Source: an uncultured Clostridia bacterium (lineage in GTDB: Bacteria > Bacillota > Clostridia > Christensenellales > UBA1242). From it: a stretch of 64,000 bases of DNA. The DNA lies in NCBI GenBank assembly GCA_930979925.1, contig CAKNIB010000004.1:8556-72555 (forward strand), in the 5' to 3' direction. Below the pieces are notes generated by a model. That model was not told the origin of the DNA, made no database searches, and worked only from the letters and a program-made list of their open reading frames with translations. Below, piece after piece: positions 28,828 through 39,600 of this stretch (positions are counted from its first letter, which is position 1; each line of letters begins with the position of its first letter). Both the position numbers and the translations under genes were made by a program.

Positions 28828-29286
28828 TTATTTTATTTCTCCGACCATAAATTTTACATCATTTCGAAGGTCTTTTCCATATTTAGTGTAGTCATCATAA
28901 AAGGCTGATGCTACCTCAGGCGGCATAAGTGGAATGTTTGGGATATCAGAAATTTCAATAAGCTTTGGAATATAAACGCCATTGTTTCGGTTTTCTTCAA
29001 ACTCTTCGCCTTCTCCTGAGCCAAACTCGCCAGAGAGCCAGTCAGCTATGTAAAAATGCTCTATACTATTTTTGTTTTCATAAGTATATACTTTTTTAGT
29101 CGGCTTAACAATAAGGCCAAACTCTTCAAATACTTCTCTTTTTACACACTCTTCTTCGGTTTCAGTTCCTTTCATGCCACCACCTGGAAAAGTATAAAAA
29201 ACTCTGCCTTGTCTTTCACGATACATTGAAACCATTTTACCTTCGTGAATAATTATTGCTCTTGCTCTAGCTCTTTTTTCTTCCAT
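28828..29286 (-). CDS. NUDIX hydrolase
   Basis: Nudix box GGGMKGTETEEECVKREVFEEFG. GGAGA SD. Confidence 0.85.
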   Translation of the reverse strand: MEEKRARARAIIIHEGKMVSMYRERQGRVFYTFPGGGMKGTETEEECVKREVFEEFGLIVKPTKKVYTYENKNSIEHFYIADWLSGEFGSGEGEEFEENRNNGVYIPKLIEISDIPNIPLMPPEVASAFYDDYTKYGKDLRNDVKFMVGEIK

Positions 29287-29349
29287 GTTAATTTCTCCTA
29301 TTTTTTAATTCGATAATAACTTTATTTTTCTTTTTATTAAAATATAAAT

Positions 29350-29907
29350 TTAATCTGTATTAATTAGCTTTTCGTATATAAGCTCATAGATGGAAGGCGC
29401 ATTTAACTTCCACTTGTGTATGGCTTCATTTGCAGCTTGTCTTGATGGAGCTTTAATGTTAAGCACAAACATTGGTTTTGTAATAAGTGGCTCATATATT
29501 TTGAGTTCTACATTATAAGAGCCATCATCATTTTTAGAGTAGGTCGCACTGTACTCTTGTGAAGATTTTACATTTAAACGGTTTGCTTGTAGGTAGGCGG
29601 AGATTTCCTCACGCAATGCTAGCGGAACGCGTCGATAAAGGTGAGAAAGACATTCTCGTCCTTCATAGGTAAGGGCAAAAAGTTCTTTGCCTTCTTCTGG
29701 ATTTCCTATAGTATACAAAAGCTTGCTATCAACCATATCATGAATAATAGCCTTGCAATCCATATAATTTTTTATCCATGCATTTTTTACGCTACAAATA
29801 TCAAGAATGGAATCTTCAGTAAGAGGTATTTCCATTTTATCAATTACAAAAAGCATTATAAGTTTATCTTGAACACGCTGTTCTTTATCTGTAAGTACCT
29901 TGTCCAT
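29350..29907 (-). CDS. DUF4364 family protein (putative wHTH regulator)
   Basis: N-terminal KLIMLFVIDKMEIPLTEDSILD... matches the DUF4364 pattern (by memory). No SD; see the promoter at 29914-29941. Confidence 0.6.
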   Translation of the reverse strand: MDKVLTDKEQRVQDKLIMLFVIDKMEIPLTEDSILDICSVKNAWIKNYMDCKAIIHDMVDSKLLYTIGNPEEGKELFALTYEGRECLSHLYRRVPLALREEISAYLQANRLNVKSSQEYSATYSKNDDGSYNVELKIYEPLITKPMFVLNIKAPSRQAANEAIHKWKLNAPSIYELIYEKLINTD

Positions 29908-29913
29908 TGAAAT

Positions 29914-29941
29914 ATTATAACATCTTTTTAAAATAAATCAA
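29914..29941 (-). promoter_or_regulatory. Promoter placed for a leaderless transcript of the DUF4364 gene
   Basis: Minus strand reads TTGATT (29941-29936), 16 nt, TGtTATAAT (TATAAT 29919-29914), 6 nt (atttca), ATG 29907. Confidence 0.55.
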
Positions 29942-30017
29942 ATTTTTTATTTAACAATCTTTAAAATTGTTTGTTTTTTTGAGCTTATAATGTTAAAATA
30001 CTCTTGAAGAGGTAATT

Positions 30018-30788
30018 ATGGAAAATAAATTTGACGCTTTCTTTGAGGCGTGTGATGATTTTATAAATTGTAAATTCTTGGTAGCTGAGTATAAACTTCA
30101 AAGGATGTTACAAGTTCTTTCGCTGAATGAAGAGATATGTTCTTTAATAGGCGAGTGTCTTGAGCAGTTTAATCGCGACCGTGAGTTTGCAAAAGCCTTC
30201 ATACAAGACGGTCACGGAGATTACATATGCGACCTGCCAACAGAGGAATATAAAGTAATCGCTTTTGTATTTTGCACTTTGGTTGATATTGATAATAAAA
30301 AGATTGACCTCGTTGAGTTTGTTAAACGCTTTTATGGAAGGGAAGAAAATCCTTTCAAGGCTTTTATAAATCAAATGGTAGTACCTTTTAGAAATTTACT
30401 AGCAGATGCTTTTGGCTATCCAAAATTGAAAGTTGATGGCGTAGAGCTAAATGAGGAAGATTATCAAGATTCTGAAGATGACTATCAGGAAGACGATGAA
30501 GAAGAGGAAGATGACGAAGACTTTGACGAAGATGATGATAGAGATGAGCTCTCTCAAGATGAATTTTTAAAGGTTCAAAAGCTGGCTGTACAGATTATGA
30601 GCGAGCTTCAATATTACGACCAATCTCATAATAATCGTGATGCTATTGTTGTTTGTAAGGCTATAGTCAAGACAACAGAGCTAAGAGATAGCGATATAAC
30701 TTATTCTTTAGCGCTTGCGCTCAAAGCTTGTAAGGCAAAGCAGGTAAAATTTTTGGTTCATGAAATTTTAGATATTTTAAATATATAA
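30018..30788 (+). CDS. Hypothetical protein with a ~45-aa poly-acidic (D/E) insert
   Basis: GAAGAGG SD. Long uninterrupted ORF. Central EEDYQDSEDDYQEDDEEEEDDEDFDEDDDRDE tract. Confidence 0.6.
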   Translation: MENKFDAFFEACDDFINCKFLVAEYKLQRMLQVLSLNEEICSLIGECLEQFNRDREFAKAFIQDGHGDYICDLPTEEYKVIAFVFCTLVDIDNKKIDLVEFVKRFYGREENPFKAFINQMVVPFRNLLADAFGYPKLKVDGVELNEEDYQDSEDDYQEDDEEEEDDEDFDEDDDRDELSQDEFLKVQKLAVQIMSELQYYDQSHNNRDAIVVCKAIVKTTELRDSDITYSLALALKACKAKQVKFLVHEILDILNI

Positions 30789-30817
30789 TTTTATAGATTT
30801 TAATATAAATCAAAAAA

Positions 30818-30840
30818 GAGGCTATCAGATTGATAGCCTC
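30818..30840. terminator. Perfect 10-bp stem hairpin between convergent genes
   Basis: GAGGCTATCA-gat-TGATAGCCTC, with an A-run on the left (a T-run when read on the minus strand). Confidence 0.6.
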
Positions 30841-30913
30841 CTTTAGATAAAAAAGTAACTCCAAAAGCACTAACTTGTTTCAAAAAAGTCTTTTACTTAC
30901 CTTTTTATAAAAA

Positions 30914-30929
30914 GAAATCATATGATTTC
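30914..30929. terminator. Perfect 16-bp palindrome GAAATCATATGATTTC downstream of ylbJ
   Basis: Flanked by T-runs on both strands. A second hairpin, TACTATT-aaa-AATAGTA, lies at 30935-30951. Confidence 0.45.
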
Positions 30930-31015
30930 ATTTTTACTATTAAAAATAGTATGGCACTATTATAAAGTGTGATGCAAGGTTTGTCAATACCTTTTTTTGA
31001 AAAATTTTGCCAATT

Positions 31016-31933
31016 TTACAAAAATATTGTCACGAGTAACAGACTTATTATAGTCGAAAGTATAGCGTGCGTTACTTTTTGGAGTATAAATAGTTTTATC
31101 GGCATCCTTAAACTGTTGAGCATGGTAATAGATTGAAGAATGGTAGAAATACCCCCAAAACTTATCACAAATGTGCAAGCGACAACTGAAAATGCTCCAT
31201 GTATGTTGGTTGAAATATCAAGACAGCCTTTTGTTATTTCAATTATTCCTTCTAGCACGCATGATATTTGTGGTGGAAAGAGGTTATATATCGGCGATAG
31301 CGAGGTTATGACTACAAAGAATATCGCAATTATTGTTCCAACTGTAATAATACTTAAAGCTGAGTCTATAACCATGGTAGAGAGATTTTGAGTATTTGTT
31401 TTTTCAGTGTATTCTATTTTTTCTTCCTTAACTTTGATGTTCCTATAAAGCATACCATTTAATAGAGCGCCAAGAATATGCGAGATAAATATAATATAGC
31501 CGAAAGTCGCGTTTTTTAGCATGCCAATTCCTACCGCGCCGATAATAAACATAGGTCCGGACGTGGAACAAAAGGAGGTCATTTTAAAGGCGTCAGATTT
31601 TGTTATCTTGCTTGATAAATATAGGTCAGCAGTCATTTTGGCTCCTACTGGATAGCCCGATATCATGCTTGTTATGAAAACATATGAGGAGACTGGTGGG
31701 GTTTTAAAAAGCTTGTTGCAAGATTTTTTAAAGAGGTTTGAAAACTTTTCTACTATGCCAAGTGAGGTCAAAACTTTTGTAAAGAAGATAAAGGGTAGAA
31801 CGCTAGGTAGAACATTAAAAGCCCAAGCAGATATACCGTTAAGCGTCACATTTATATAGAGACTTGGGAATATGACCATATTAATAATGATATAAATTAT
31901 AAAAATTGATAAAAAAATACTATATTTTTTCAT
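31016..31933 (-). CDS. YlbJ-like sporulation integral membrane protein (nucleoside-recognition/Gate domain)
   Basis: Aligns by eye to the B. subtilis YlbJ N-terminal two-thirds (FPS..., LPSVLPFIFF, ISGYPVGAKMTADL, GPMFIIGAVGIGML). GAGG SD. Confidence 0.65.
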   Translation of the reverse strand: MKKYSIFLSIFIIYIIINMVIFPSLYINVTLNGISAWAFNVLPSVLPFIFFTKVLTSLGIVEKFSNLFKKSCNKLFKTPPVSSYVFITSMISGYPVGAKMTADLYLSSKITKSDAFKMTSFCSTSGPMFIIGAVGIGMLKNATFGYIIFISHILGALLNGMLYRNIKVKEEKIEYTEKTNTQNLSTMVIDSALSIITVGTIIAIFFVVITSLSPIYNLFPPQISCVLEGIIEITKGCLDISTNIHGAFSVVACTFVISFGGISTILQSITMLNSLRMPIKLFILQKVTHAILSTIISLLLVTIFL

Positions 31934-31950
31934 TTACTGACCTCAAAAAT

Positions 31951-31979
31951 TTGACAACAAAGTTATAAAATAATATAAT
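31951..31979 (+). promoter_or_regulatory. Perfect consensus sigma-A promoter for pta-ackA
   Basis: TTGACA (31951-31956), 17 nt, TATAAT (31974-31979). Confidence 0.65.
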
Positions 31980-32073
31980 AGAATTATTGTAATCGTCTGG
32001 ACAAAACCAGCTTGTACAAATATCGCTTTTTATCAATTTATTCAATTTTTATTTGATTTAGAAGGGGAAATAA

Positions 32074-33057
32074 ATGAAAGTTAAAGAACTATATAAAAAA
32101 GCTAGGGACTTAAAAAAGACCATAGTCTTTTCTGAGGCTAGCTTCAGTGATAGAACCTTAGAGGCTGTAAAATATATCCAAAAGAAAAAAATAGCAAGAC
32201 CTATTCTTATTGGCGATGAAAGCGCGCTAGTTATTAGGGATAAGTCACTTATGGATTTTCACATAATAAATCCAAAAACCTTTCAAAATAGAGAGGACAT
32301 TGTAAAAAGACTTTATGAAAAACGTAAAGACAAGGGTATGACAATGGAAGAGGCTGAGAAGTTAGCGCTTGACCCGTACTACTTTGCAACTCTTCTTGTT
32401 GACGCGGGCTTTGCGGATGGCATGGTAGCTGGGGCTGAAGCTTCGACGGCAAATACCGTTAGACCTGCTCTTCAAATAATAAAGGCTAAGAAAAAGGGTG
32501 GAATTGTATCTTCTTGCTTTGTAATGTTTGGAGATAACAAGTTTTTAAAGGATAAATGCTTGGTAATTGCCGACTGTGGCGTGATAATGCATCCTAATGA
32601 GGACGAGCTCTGTCAGATAGCGCTTCAAAGTGTAGAAACCTATAAATGCTTAGGTCTTAAGGATCCTAAAGTTGCATTCTTATCTTTCTCAAGCAAAGGC
32701 TCAGCTAGCGACCCAAGTGTGGAGACCGTACAAAAGGCATATCAAAAGTTTAAAAAGAGTGGGGTTGTCTGTGATGGGGAATTGCAGTTCGACGCTGCCA
32801 TGATAAAAGAGGTGGCTGAGCATAAAGCTCCAGAAAGTCCTATAAAAGGAGATGCAAATATATTGATATTCCCAGACCTAAATAGCGGAAATATTTGCTA
32901 TAAGGCTATGCAATATGTTGGCGGATTGAATGCTATCGGCCCAATTTTACAAGGCTTAAATAAACCTGTAAACGACCTATCTAGAGGTTGTTCGGTTAAA
33001 GATATAGTTACAGTTACAGCGGTAACAGTATTACAAAGTAATAAGGAGGAGAAATGA
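32074..33057 (+). CDS. pta: Phosphate acetyltransferase
   Basis: Short-form Pta, 327 aa, with PTA_PTB motifs (IVFSEA..., PILIGDE, GLNAIGPILQGLNKPVNDLSRG). Confidence 0.9.
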   Translation: MKVKELYKKARDLKKTIVFSEASFSDRTLEAVKYIQKKKIARPILIGDESALVIRDKSLMDFHIINPKTFQNREDIVKRLYEKRKDKGMTMEEAEKLALDPYYFATLLVDAGFADGMVAGAEASTANTVRPALQIIKAKKKGGIVSSCFVMFGDNKFLKDKCLVIADCGVIMHPNEDELCQIALQSVETYKCLGLKDPKVAFLSFSSKGSASDPSVETVQKAYQKFKKSGVVCDGELQFDAAMIKEVAEHKAPESPIKGDANILIFPDLNSGNICYKAMQYVGGLNAIGPILQGLNKPVNDLSRGCSVKDIVTVTAVTVLQSNKEEK

Positions 33058-34253
33058 AAATTTTAGTTATTAATGCAGGGAGTTCATCTCTCAAATTCCA
33101 GTTGTTTGACATGGACAACGAAAAGGTTATAGCAAAAGGAAATTGTGAAAAAATTGGACTTGCAGGCTCATTTATAAGCTACAAGACTACAGGCGACAAA
33201 AAAGAGGTTATGGCTGATATGCCAGACCATAACGTTGCAGTTAAAAAAGTTTTTGATGTTTTGACAGATAAATCAGAGGGCGTAATCAAGAGTGTTTCTG
33301 AGATTGACGCTGTAGGACATAGATTTGTGCAAGGTGGATGGCTGTTTGATAGAAGCGTAATCATAGATGACGAGGCTGTAAAAAAACTTGACCAGCTTAC
33401 AGACCTTTCTCCACTTCATGCTCATGCAAACATGGCAGGGTATAAAGGTTGTGTAGCCCTAATGCCTAATACTCCACAAGTTGCCGTATTTGATACATCT
33501 TTCCATGCAACTATGCCAGCTAAAGCGTATATGTATGGTATCAAATATGAAGATTATGAGAAATATCATGTAAGAAAGTACGGTTTCCATGGCACAAGTC
33601 ATAGATATGTACTTGCAGAGACTGCAAAACTCTTGGGTAAAAAACCTGAAGAGGTTAACATCATAACTGTGCACCTTGGTAACGGCTCATCAATAACAGC
33701 TATAAAAAATGGTAAGAGTGTAGATACAACCATGGGCTTAACTCCACTTGAAGGACTTATCATGGGAACACGTTCGGGTGACTTAGACCCAACGGTAGTT
33801 AGCTATCTTGGTAATAAGAAAGGCATGACCGCTGACCAGGTGGTAAGCTATCTTAATAAACAATGTGGTATTTTAGGGGTAAGCGGTGTTTCAAGTGATA
33901 TGAGAGAGCTCAACAGTGCTATAGAACAGGGTAATGCTAGAGCAAGACTTGCACTTGATATGCTCATTTACAGAGTTAAAAAGTTTATTGGTTCATATAT
34001 GGCTGTGCTTGGTAGGGTAGACGCCATCACATTTACAGGCGGAATTGGTGAAAATCAAGAGGACTTAAGAGAAGGCTCACTTGAAGATATGGAAATCTAT
34101 GGTATTGAAATAGATAAAGAAAAGAATAATCATCTGCCACGAGGAACAACTGAGGAGATTAGCACGCCAAACTCTAAGGTGAAAGTTTATAGAATACCAA
34201 CTGACGAGGAGTTACTCATAGCTCGCGACACAAAAGCTCTTATTACAAAGTAA
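33054..34253 (+). CDS. ackA: Acetate kinase
   Basis: MKILVINAGSSSLKFQLF, GHRFVQGG and HGTSHRYV motifs. ATGA overlap with pta. Confidence 0.95.
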   Translation: MKILVINAGSSSLKFQLFDMDNEKVIAKGNCEKIGLAGSFISYKTTGDKKEVMADMPDHNVAVKKVFDVLTDKSEGVIKSVSEIDAVGHRFVQGGWLFDRSVIIDDEAVKKLDQLTDLSPLHAHANMAGYKGCVALMPNTPQVAVFDTSFHATMPAKAYMYGIKYEDYEKYHVRKYGFHGTSHRYVLAETAKLLGKKPEEVNIITVHLGNGSSITAIKNGKSVDTTMGLTPLEGLIMGTRSGDLDPTVVSYLGNKKGMTADQVVSYLNKQCGILGVSGVSSDMRELNSAIEQGNARARLALDMLIYRVKKFIGSYMAVLGRVDAITFTGGIGENQEDLREGSLEDMEIYGIEIDKEKNNHLPRGTTEEISTPNSKVKVYRIPTDEELLIARDTKALITK

Positions 34254-34364
34254 AAATGGTATTTATTTACAAAGCAAAAAAATAAGACAAATTTAAGAAA
34301 TGTGAGATTAACTATTTGATTAAAAAATATAAAAAATAAATTTAGATGAAATAGCGTTAAATAC

Positions 34365-34393
34365 TTGACAATAGATTGTAAAATAGCTATAAT
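34365..34393 (+). promoter_or_regulatory. Perfect consensus sigma-A promoter for rpmF
   Basis: TTGACA (34365-34370), 17 nt, TATAAT (34388-34393). Confidence 0.65.
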
Positions 34394-34438
34394 TAAAAAG
34401 CATGATTAATAATTTATCAATAATTTAAGGAGGATGAA

Positions 34439-34630
34439 ATGGCAGTTCCAAAGCATAAAGTTTCTAAAGCTAGAAGAAATACAAGACATTCTGCAAATTC
34501 TAAAGCAGTTATGCCTACACTTGTTGAGTGCCCACAATGTCATGAGATGAAACAACCTCATACTGTATGTAAGAAATGTGGAACTTATAAAGGCGAAACA
34601 GTAATAGCAAATAAAGAAGAAAAGAAGTAA
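34439..34630 (+). CDS. rpmF: 50S ribosomal protein L32
   Basis: MAVPKHKVSKARRNTRHS plus a CPxC...CxxC zinc-ribbon form. AAGGAGGA SD. Confidence 0.95.
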   Translation: MAVPKHKVSKARRNTRHSANSKAVMPTLVECPQCHEMKQPHTVCKKCGTYKGETVIANKEEKK

Positions 34631-34664
34631 GCTTTAAATTAAATAAATAAGTTTAAGTTTTCCT

Positions 34665-34700
34665 CTCGTCCGATTTTTCTTGGGCGAGAATTTTTATTTA
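34665..34700 (+). terminator. Terminator after rpmF
   Basis: CTCGTCC..GGGCGAG stem (one G-U pair) followed by AATTTTTATTT. Confidence 0.55.
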
Positions 34701-34755
34701 TACAATAATACAATATATTGTATTTTGTATGTTAGACATAATAGTATATATTGTA
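34701..34755. promoter_or_regulatory. Cluster of TACAAT/ATTGTA half-sites including a perfect 16-bp palindrome, upstream of plsX
   Basis: ATACAATATATTGTAT at 34708-34723. Extra half-sites at 34701-34706, 34724-34729 and 34750-34755. Confidence 0.4.
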
Positions 34756-34846
34756 GTAGTTTATAAAACCAAAAAAATTCAAATATGATTTGCAATATTT
34801 TATTTTTTTTGCTATTATAAAAAGTGATCAATTTAAGGAGAAAGTT

Positions 34847-35854
34847 ATGAAAGTAGTTGTAGATGCCTTTGGCGGAGACAATGCACCTCTAGAGATAGTT
34901 GAGGGTGCAGTTTTAGCACTAAAGAAACATAAGGATTTAGAGGTTATCCTTTGTGGAAAAGAGGATAAAATTAAAGAGATATTAAATGGAAGAGAGGAGC
35001 GCATTGAAATAATAAATGCCGATGACGTAATTACTAATGATGACGTGCCAACTGAGGCTATAAGGCATAAGAAAAACTCATCTTTAGTCGTTGCGTATGA
35101 CACTTTAAAGACAAGAGATGATGTTATTGGACTTGTTACTGCTGGAAGTACAGGTGCCGTTCTTGCTGGAGCTATAATGAAGATAGGACGAATTAAAGGT
35201 ATATCAAGACCAGCGTTAGCCCCAATTTTACCAACTAAAAAGGACAGCGATGTTATTATAATAGATAGCGGTGCCAACATTGATTGCAAACCAGTAAACC
35301 TTTTGCATTTTGCTCTTATGGGCTCGGCATATTATTCTATAATTTACAATGTTGAGTCTCCAAGAGTGGCATTACTTAACAATGGCGCTGAAGAGGAAAA
35401 GGGTAACGAGCTTGCTAAAGAAACCTTCCCACTTTTAAAGAATGCTCCAATTAACTTTATAGGCAACAAAGAAGGTAGCGATTTTATGAGTGGCGATGTA
35501 GATGTTATGGTTACAGATGGCTTTGCTGGCAATGCACTTTTGAAAGGTACTGAAGGTGCTGTTTCTGCCGTTGTTTCTATACTTAAGAAGAGCATTAAAT
35601 CTCACTTTTTAAGTATGATAGGCGCTATCTTTATGAAGAAAACATTTAAGGATATAAAAAACAGGGTAGATATACAGAAGAAGCACGCAGGTTCTCCTCT
35701 TCTTGGATGCAAAAAGTTAGTAGTTAAAAATCATGGCTCATGTGCAAGAGCTAATATTTTGGCATCTATTGAGCAAACAATGAAATTATATGAAAACAAA
35801 TTAAATCAGAAGATAGAAGAGGCTATTTTAAAGCTTGAAGAAACTGAAAACTAA
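34847..35854 (+). CDS. plsX: Phosphate acyltransferase PlsX
   Basis: MKVVVDAFGGDNAP start. AAGGAGAA SD before ATG 34847. The 19 upstream codons in the ORF track lack support. Confidence 0.92.
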   Translation: MKVVVDAFGGDNAPLEIVEGAVLALKKHKDLEVILCGKEDKIKEILNGREERIEIINADDVITNDDVPTEAIRHKKNSSLVVAYDTLKTRDDVIGLVTAGSTGAVLAGAIMKIGRIKGISRPALAPILPTKKDSDVIIIDSGANIDCKPVNLLHFALMGSAYYSIIYNVESPRVALLNNGAEEEKGNELAKETFPLLKNAPINFIGNKEGSDFMSGDVDVMVTDGFAGNALLKGTEGAVSAVVSILKKSIKSHFLSMIGAIFMKKTFKDIKNRVDIQKKHAGSPLLGCKKLVVKNHGSCARANILASIEQTMKLYENKLNQKIEEAILKLEETEN

Positions 35855-35885
35855 CTATAACTACCTTATTCAAGGAGAAAATACT

Positions 35886-36500
35886 TTGATAAAATATAAA
35901 TTTAAAAATGATGAGCTTATAAAAAGAGCGTTAACTCACTCATCAAAATCTGAAAAAAATTATGAAAGGCTAGAATTTTTGGGAGATAGTATCCTTGACT
36001 TTTTGGTTGGCGAATATTTCTTTCTAAACTGCAAGGAAGATGAAGGAAAGTTGACAGTCTTAAGAAGTCATTATGTATCAGAGAACTATCTAGCTCAAAT
36101 TTTTGACAAACTCAAACTTGAAAAGGATGTATTGCTAGGCAAAAGTTACCAAGGCGAAATTTCTCGTGCAATAAAAGGTGATGTTATTGAGGCAATTATC
36201 GCAGCAATTTATCTAGATGGTGGACTTAGCAAGGCGAGAGACTTTATATATCAAAATTTTGACCTTCAAGGATATAAGAATATTGTAGATGATAACTATA
36301 AATCAAAGCTCCAAGAACTTGTACAAGGCAATTTTAAATGCAAAATGCAATATGTAACACTGCCAAGCGAGGAAGGTTTTACTTCAAGCTTTTACATGGA
36401 TGAAGATAAAATCGCCTCTGCAAGTGGCAAAAGCAAACAAGAGGCCGAGCAACAAGCGGCTAAAAAGGCGATAGATAAACTTTTCTTAATTGATAACTAA
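35886..36500 (+). CDS. rnc: Ribonuclease III
   Basis: RNase III signature ERLEFLGDSILDF plus a dsRBD with a KSKQEAEQQAAKKA end. TTG 35886 is preceded by AAGGAGAA. The ORF-track start at 35835 overlaps plsX and lacks an SD. Confidence 0.88.
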   Translation: MIKYKFKNDELIKRALTHSSKSEKNYERLEFLGDSILDFLVGEYFFLNCKEDEGKLTVLRSHYVSENYLAQIFDKLKLEKDVLLGKSYQGEISRAIKGDVIEAIIAAIYLDGGLSKARDFIYQNFDLQGYKNIVDDNYKSKLQELVQGNFKCKMQYVTLPSEEGFTSSFYMDEDKIASASGKSKQEAEQQAAKKAIDKLFLIDN

Positions 36501-36646
36501 TTTTTGATTTGTCAGCTTTTGTAAATACAAAAACGACAAAAAATGCCAAACTTTTAGACAAAACATTTTGAAAAGTAATTTAAAATTTGTTATACTTAAG
36601 TTAAGATGACAAATTTTAGATTATTTAAGCACTTTAAGAGGTTTTT

Positions 36647-39600
36647 ATGATATTCAAAAAGATAGAGATGGTTGGGTTTAAATCCTTTGCCGACAGAACT
36701 ATAATAGAATTTAACGATAACTTTACAGCCATTGTTGGACCTAATGGTTGCGGTAAAAGTAATGTGTCTGATGCTATACGATGGGTACTCGGCGAGCAAA
36801 GTCCAAAGACCTTGCGTGGTGACAGCATGCAGGACGTTATTTTTAATGGTACAGAGAAGAGAAAGAGTTTATCATATTGCGAAGTTACCTTAACCTTTGA
36901 TAATAGCACTAGATTTTTTAATTTTGATTATGATGAGCTTGCAATTACAAGAAAGCTATATCGCTCGGGTGAGAGCGAGTATTTAATAAACCGCAACACC
37001 TGTCATCTTCGTGATATAACCAATCTTTTATATAACAGCGGTTTAGGTAAAAATGGCTATTCTGTAGTAAGTCAGGGTAAAGTTACCGAGCTTGTCGATG
37101 CAAAACCTGAAAATAGAAGGGCAATGTTTGAGGATGCTGCCGGCATTTCTAAATACAAAAACGACAAGCGTGAGGCTGAGCGTAAGCTTGAGCGAACTAC
37201 TGATAATTTAACTCGTGTTAAGGATATACTTTCTGAGATTGAAAGGCAGATGGGACCTTTAAAGAAACAGGCAGAAAATGCCAAGAAATATCTTGAGTAC
37301 AAAGGCAAACTTAAAGATTTAGAGGTCAACGCATATATCTATCAATATGAAAACGCAAATGACGTCAAGGAAAAGATAAACTTAAAATTGGATGCTTTAA
37401 ACAAGCAAATAGATATTCGTCAGCAAGACCTTGATAAAACCTCAGCTGACTATGACAAGAGCATGTTTGACCTTACTAATTTTGACAAGGTGCTATCTGA
37501 CTTAAACGAAAAAATACTTGAGCTCACTGTCAGCTTAGAGAAGCAGGAAAGCGAGACAAAAATTGCTAGAGAGCGTATTAATTATACATACAAAGAGAAT
37601 GATAGGCTTAATTTAGATAGGTCAAATAGTCAAACAGCCATTGAGGTTTGCGAGGAAGAAAAAGAGACAAAACTCCAAACACTTGTAAAGTTAAATGCTG
37701 ACCTAGAAGCTCTTGAAAAGTCTTTTGATGAGCTGTCTGAGGAGTATTCTAAAATTGCAAATGAGCTTACCTTAAGTGAAGATGAGGCGGGACAAGGTCA
37801 GCAGAAGATAATAGAAACCTTAGGCTCTCTTAGTGATATCAAAAGTTCTGTCTCTCGTCTTTTAGCTGAGAAAGAATTACTGTCAGGCAGTCTCAAAAAC
37901 TTAGAAGAAGACTTATCAAATTTATCTTCAAAAGGTGATGAAAATAGGAAATTACTTAAAGAGAGTGGCTCGCTAATAAAAGCTAAAGAGGAAGAGCTTG
38001 CCTCTGTTAAAGAGAAAAATGATAACCTTGCAAGTAAGAACTACTTAGCCGAGAGAAGGCTTAAAGAACTTGAGAGTGAAAAGGCAAATATCAATACTCA
38101 AATAAAGGTCTACGAAAATAGAAAGAAACTTTTAACTGACCTTCAAAATGAGTACGAAGGATATTCTTTTGCAATCAAAAAATTGCTTAGAGAAAGCGAG
38201 CGTAACTCAGCTTTAAAGAAAAACATTGTTGGTGTAGTAGCTTCCTTGATTAAGGTGCCAGAAAAATTCGAAACAGCTATAGAGGTAGCTCTTGGTGGCG
38301 CTGTGCAAAACATTGTTACCTATGATGAAGAGGGTGCAAAAGAGCTTATTAAATTCTTGAAAGACAACTCTTTTGGTAGAGCAACATTCTTGCCAATTAC
38401 TTCAATGAAACGCCGAAATTTTGACACAAAACTTCTGCAAGGCAAGAGTGGATGTTTTGGACTAGCAAGTGAGCTTGTTGACTATGACAAAAAGATAGAC
38501 AATGTTGTAAGTAACCTTTTAGGCTCTACCGTTATTGTAGACACACTTTTTACTGCAGTTAATCTTGCAAAATCAACAGGTTATGCTTTTAGAATAGTAA
38601 CGCTTGACGGCGATGTTGTAAATCCTCAAGGTTCTTTGACCGGCGGTAGCAAAAAGGCTGAGTCTTCTAACCTAATTGGACGTGAGCGCGAGATAGAAAC
38701 GCTTGGCATAGAGATTATCAAGCTTGAAAAGCGAATTAGCGAAATAGATAAAGAGATAAAAGAAAGCTCAAGCTTATATGAGGAGCAGAAAAAATCGATA
38801 GAGGAGCTTTCAAATAAGAAAAGCGCTCTTGAGGTCGATATAGCCTCAGAGAAAGAAAAGTATAACAAGTTTAGCACTATTGTAAGCGAAGTCGAAGATA
38901 ACTACAAAGTAGCAGAGATGGAAGCCGAAACCGTTCGCAATAAAATTAAGCTCATCTCTGACGAACTTGAACGCTCTGAAAAGATTGAGAGTGCGCTTTC
39001 TGGTAATAAGGTTGACGCTGACGAGCTTATTAAAGAGAAGAGAGAGAAGTTTGAAAAACTCAGGGCTGAGCGTGACAGAATAAACAACAATATTTTAACT
39101 GTAAAAGTAGAAATTGCTGAGGCTAGAACAAAGGTTGCATCAGTTAAGAGCGATATTGAGCGTATTGATAACGACCTTGGCAGGTATAAACTTAATATTG
39201 TCAACTTAGATGAGCAGATTGCTAAAAATAATGAGTTTATTTCTTCTTGTGAAAACATGATTAAAGAAAAACTTGCCTCAGCACCATCTTCTGCTAAGAA
39301 AACCGAACTTGAAGAGCAGATAAAGAAAAGAGGCGAAGTAGAAGCGAGCAAAGTTAAATTGTCAGACGCTATTAAGGAGCTTGACAACAAAAAGTCAGCT
39401 ATTATGGATGAGCTTGCGGGCTTGAGAGACAAGAAGTTTAGAGAGGAGATGAACCTTTCTAAAGTTGACACCGAACTTGAGCAAATGCAAGAGCGTATAT
39501 ACGAGGAGTATTCACTATCATACAGCACCTGCTTAGACTTAAGACGGGCAGATTTTGATATTGAAGTGGCTATGCCAGAGATTAGTAAACTCAAAAAAGA

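Noticed and set aside
30984-31178. 64-aa minus-strand ORF overlapping the 3' end of the ylbJ-like gene
   Set aside because: It overlaps ylbJ on the same strand in another frame, with no SD. The ylbJ frame shows clear homology through this region.
34828-35289. 153-aa minus-strand ORF inside plsX
   Set aside because: It lies fully within the conserved plsX frame, has no SD, and its composition is typical of antisense translation.
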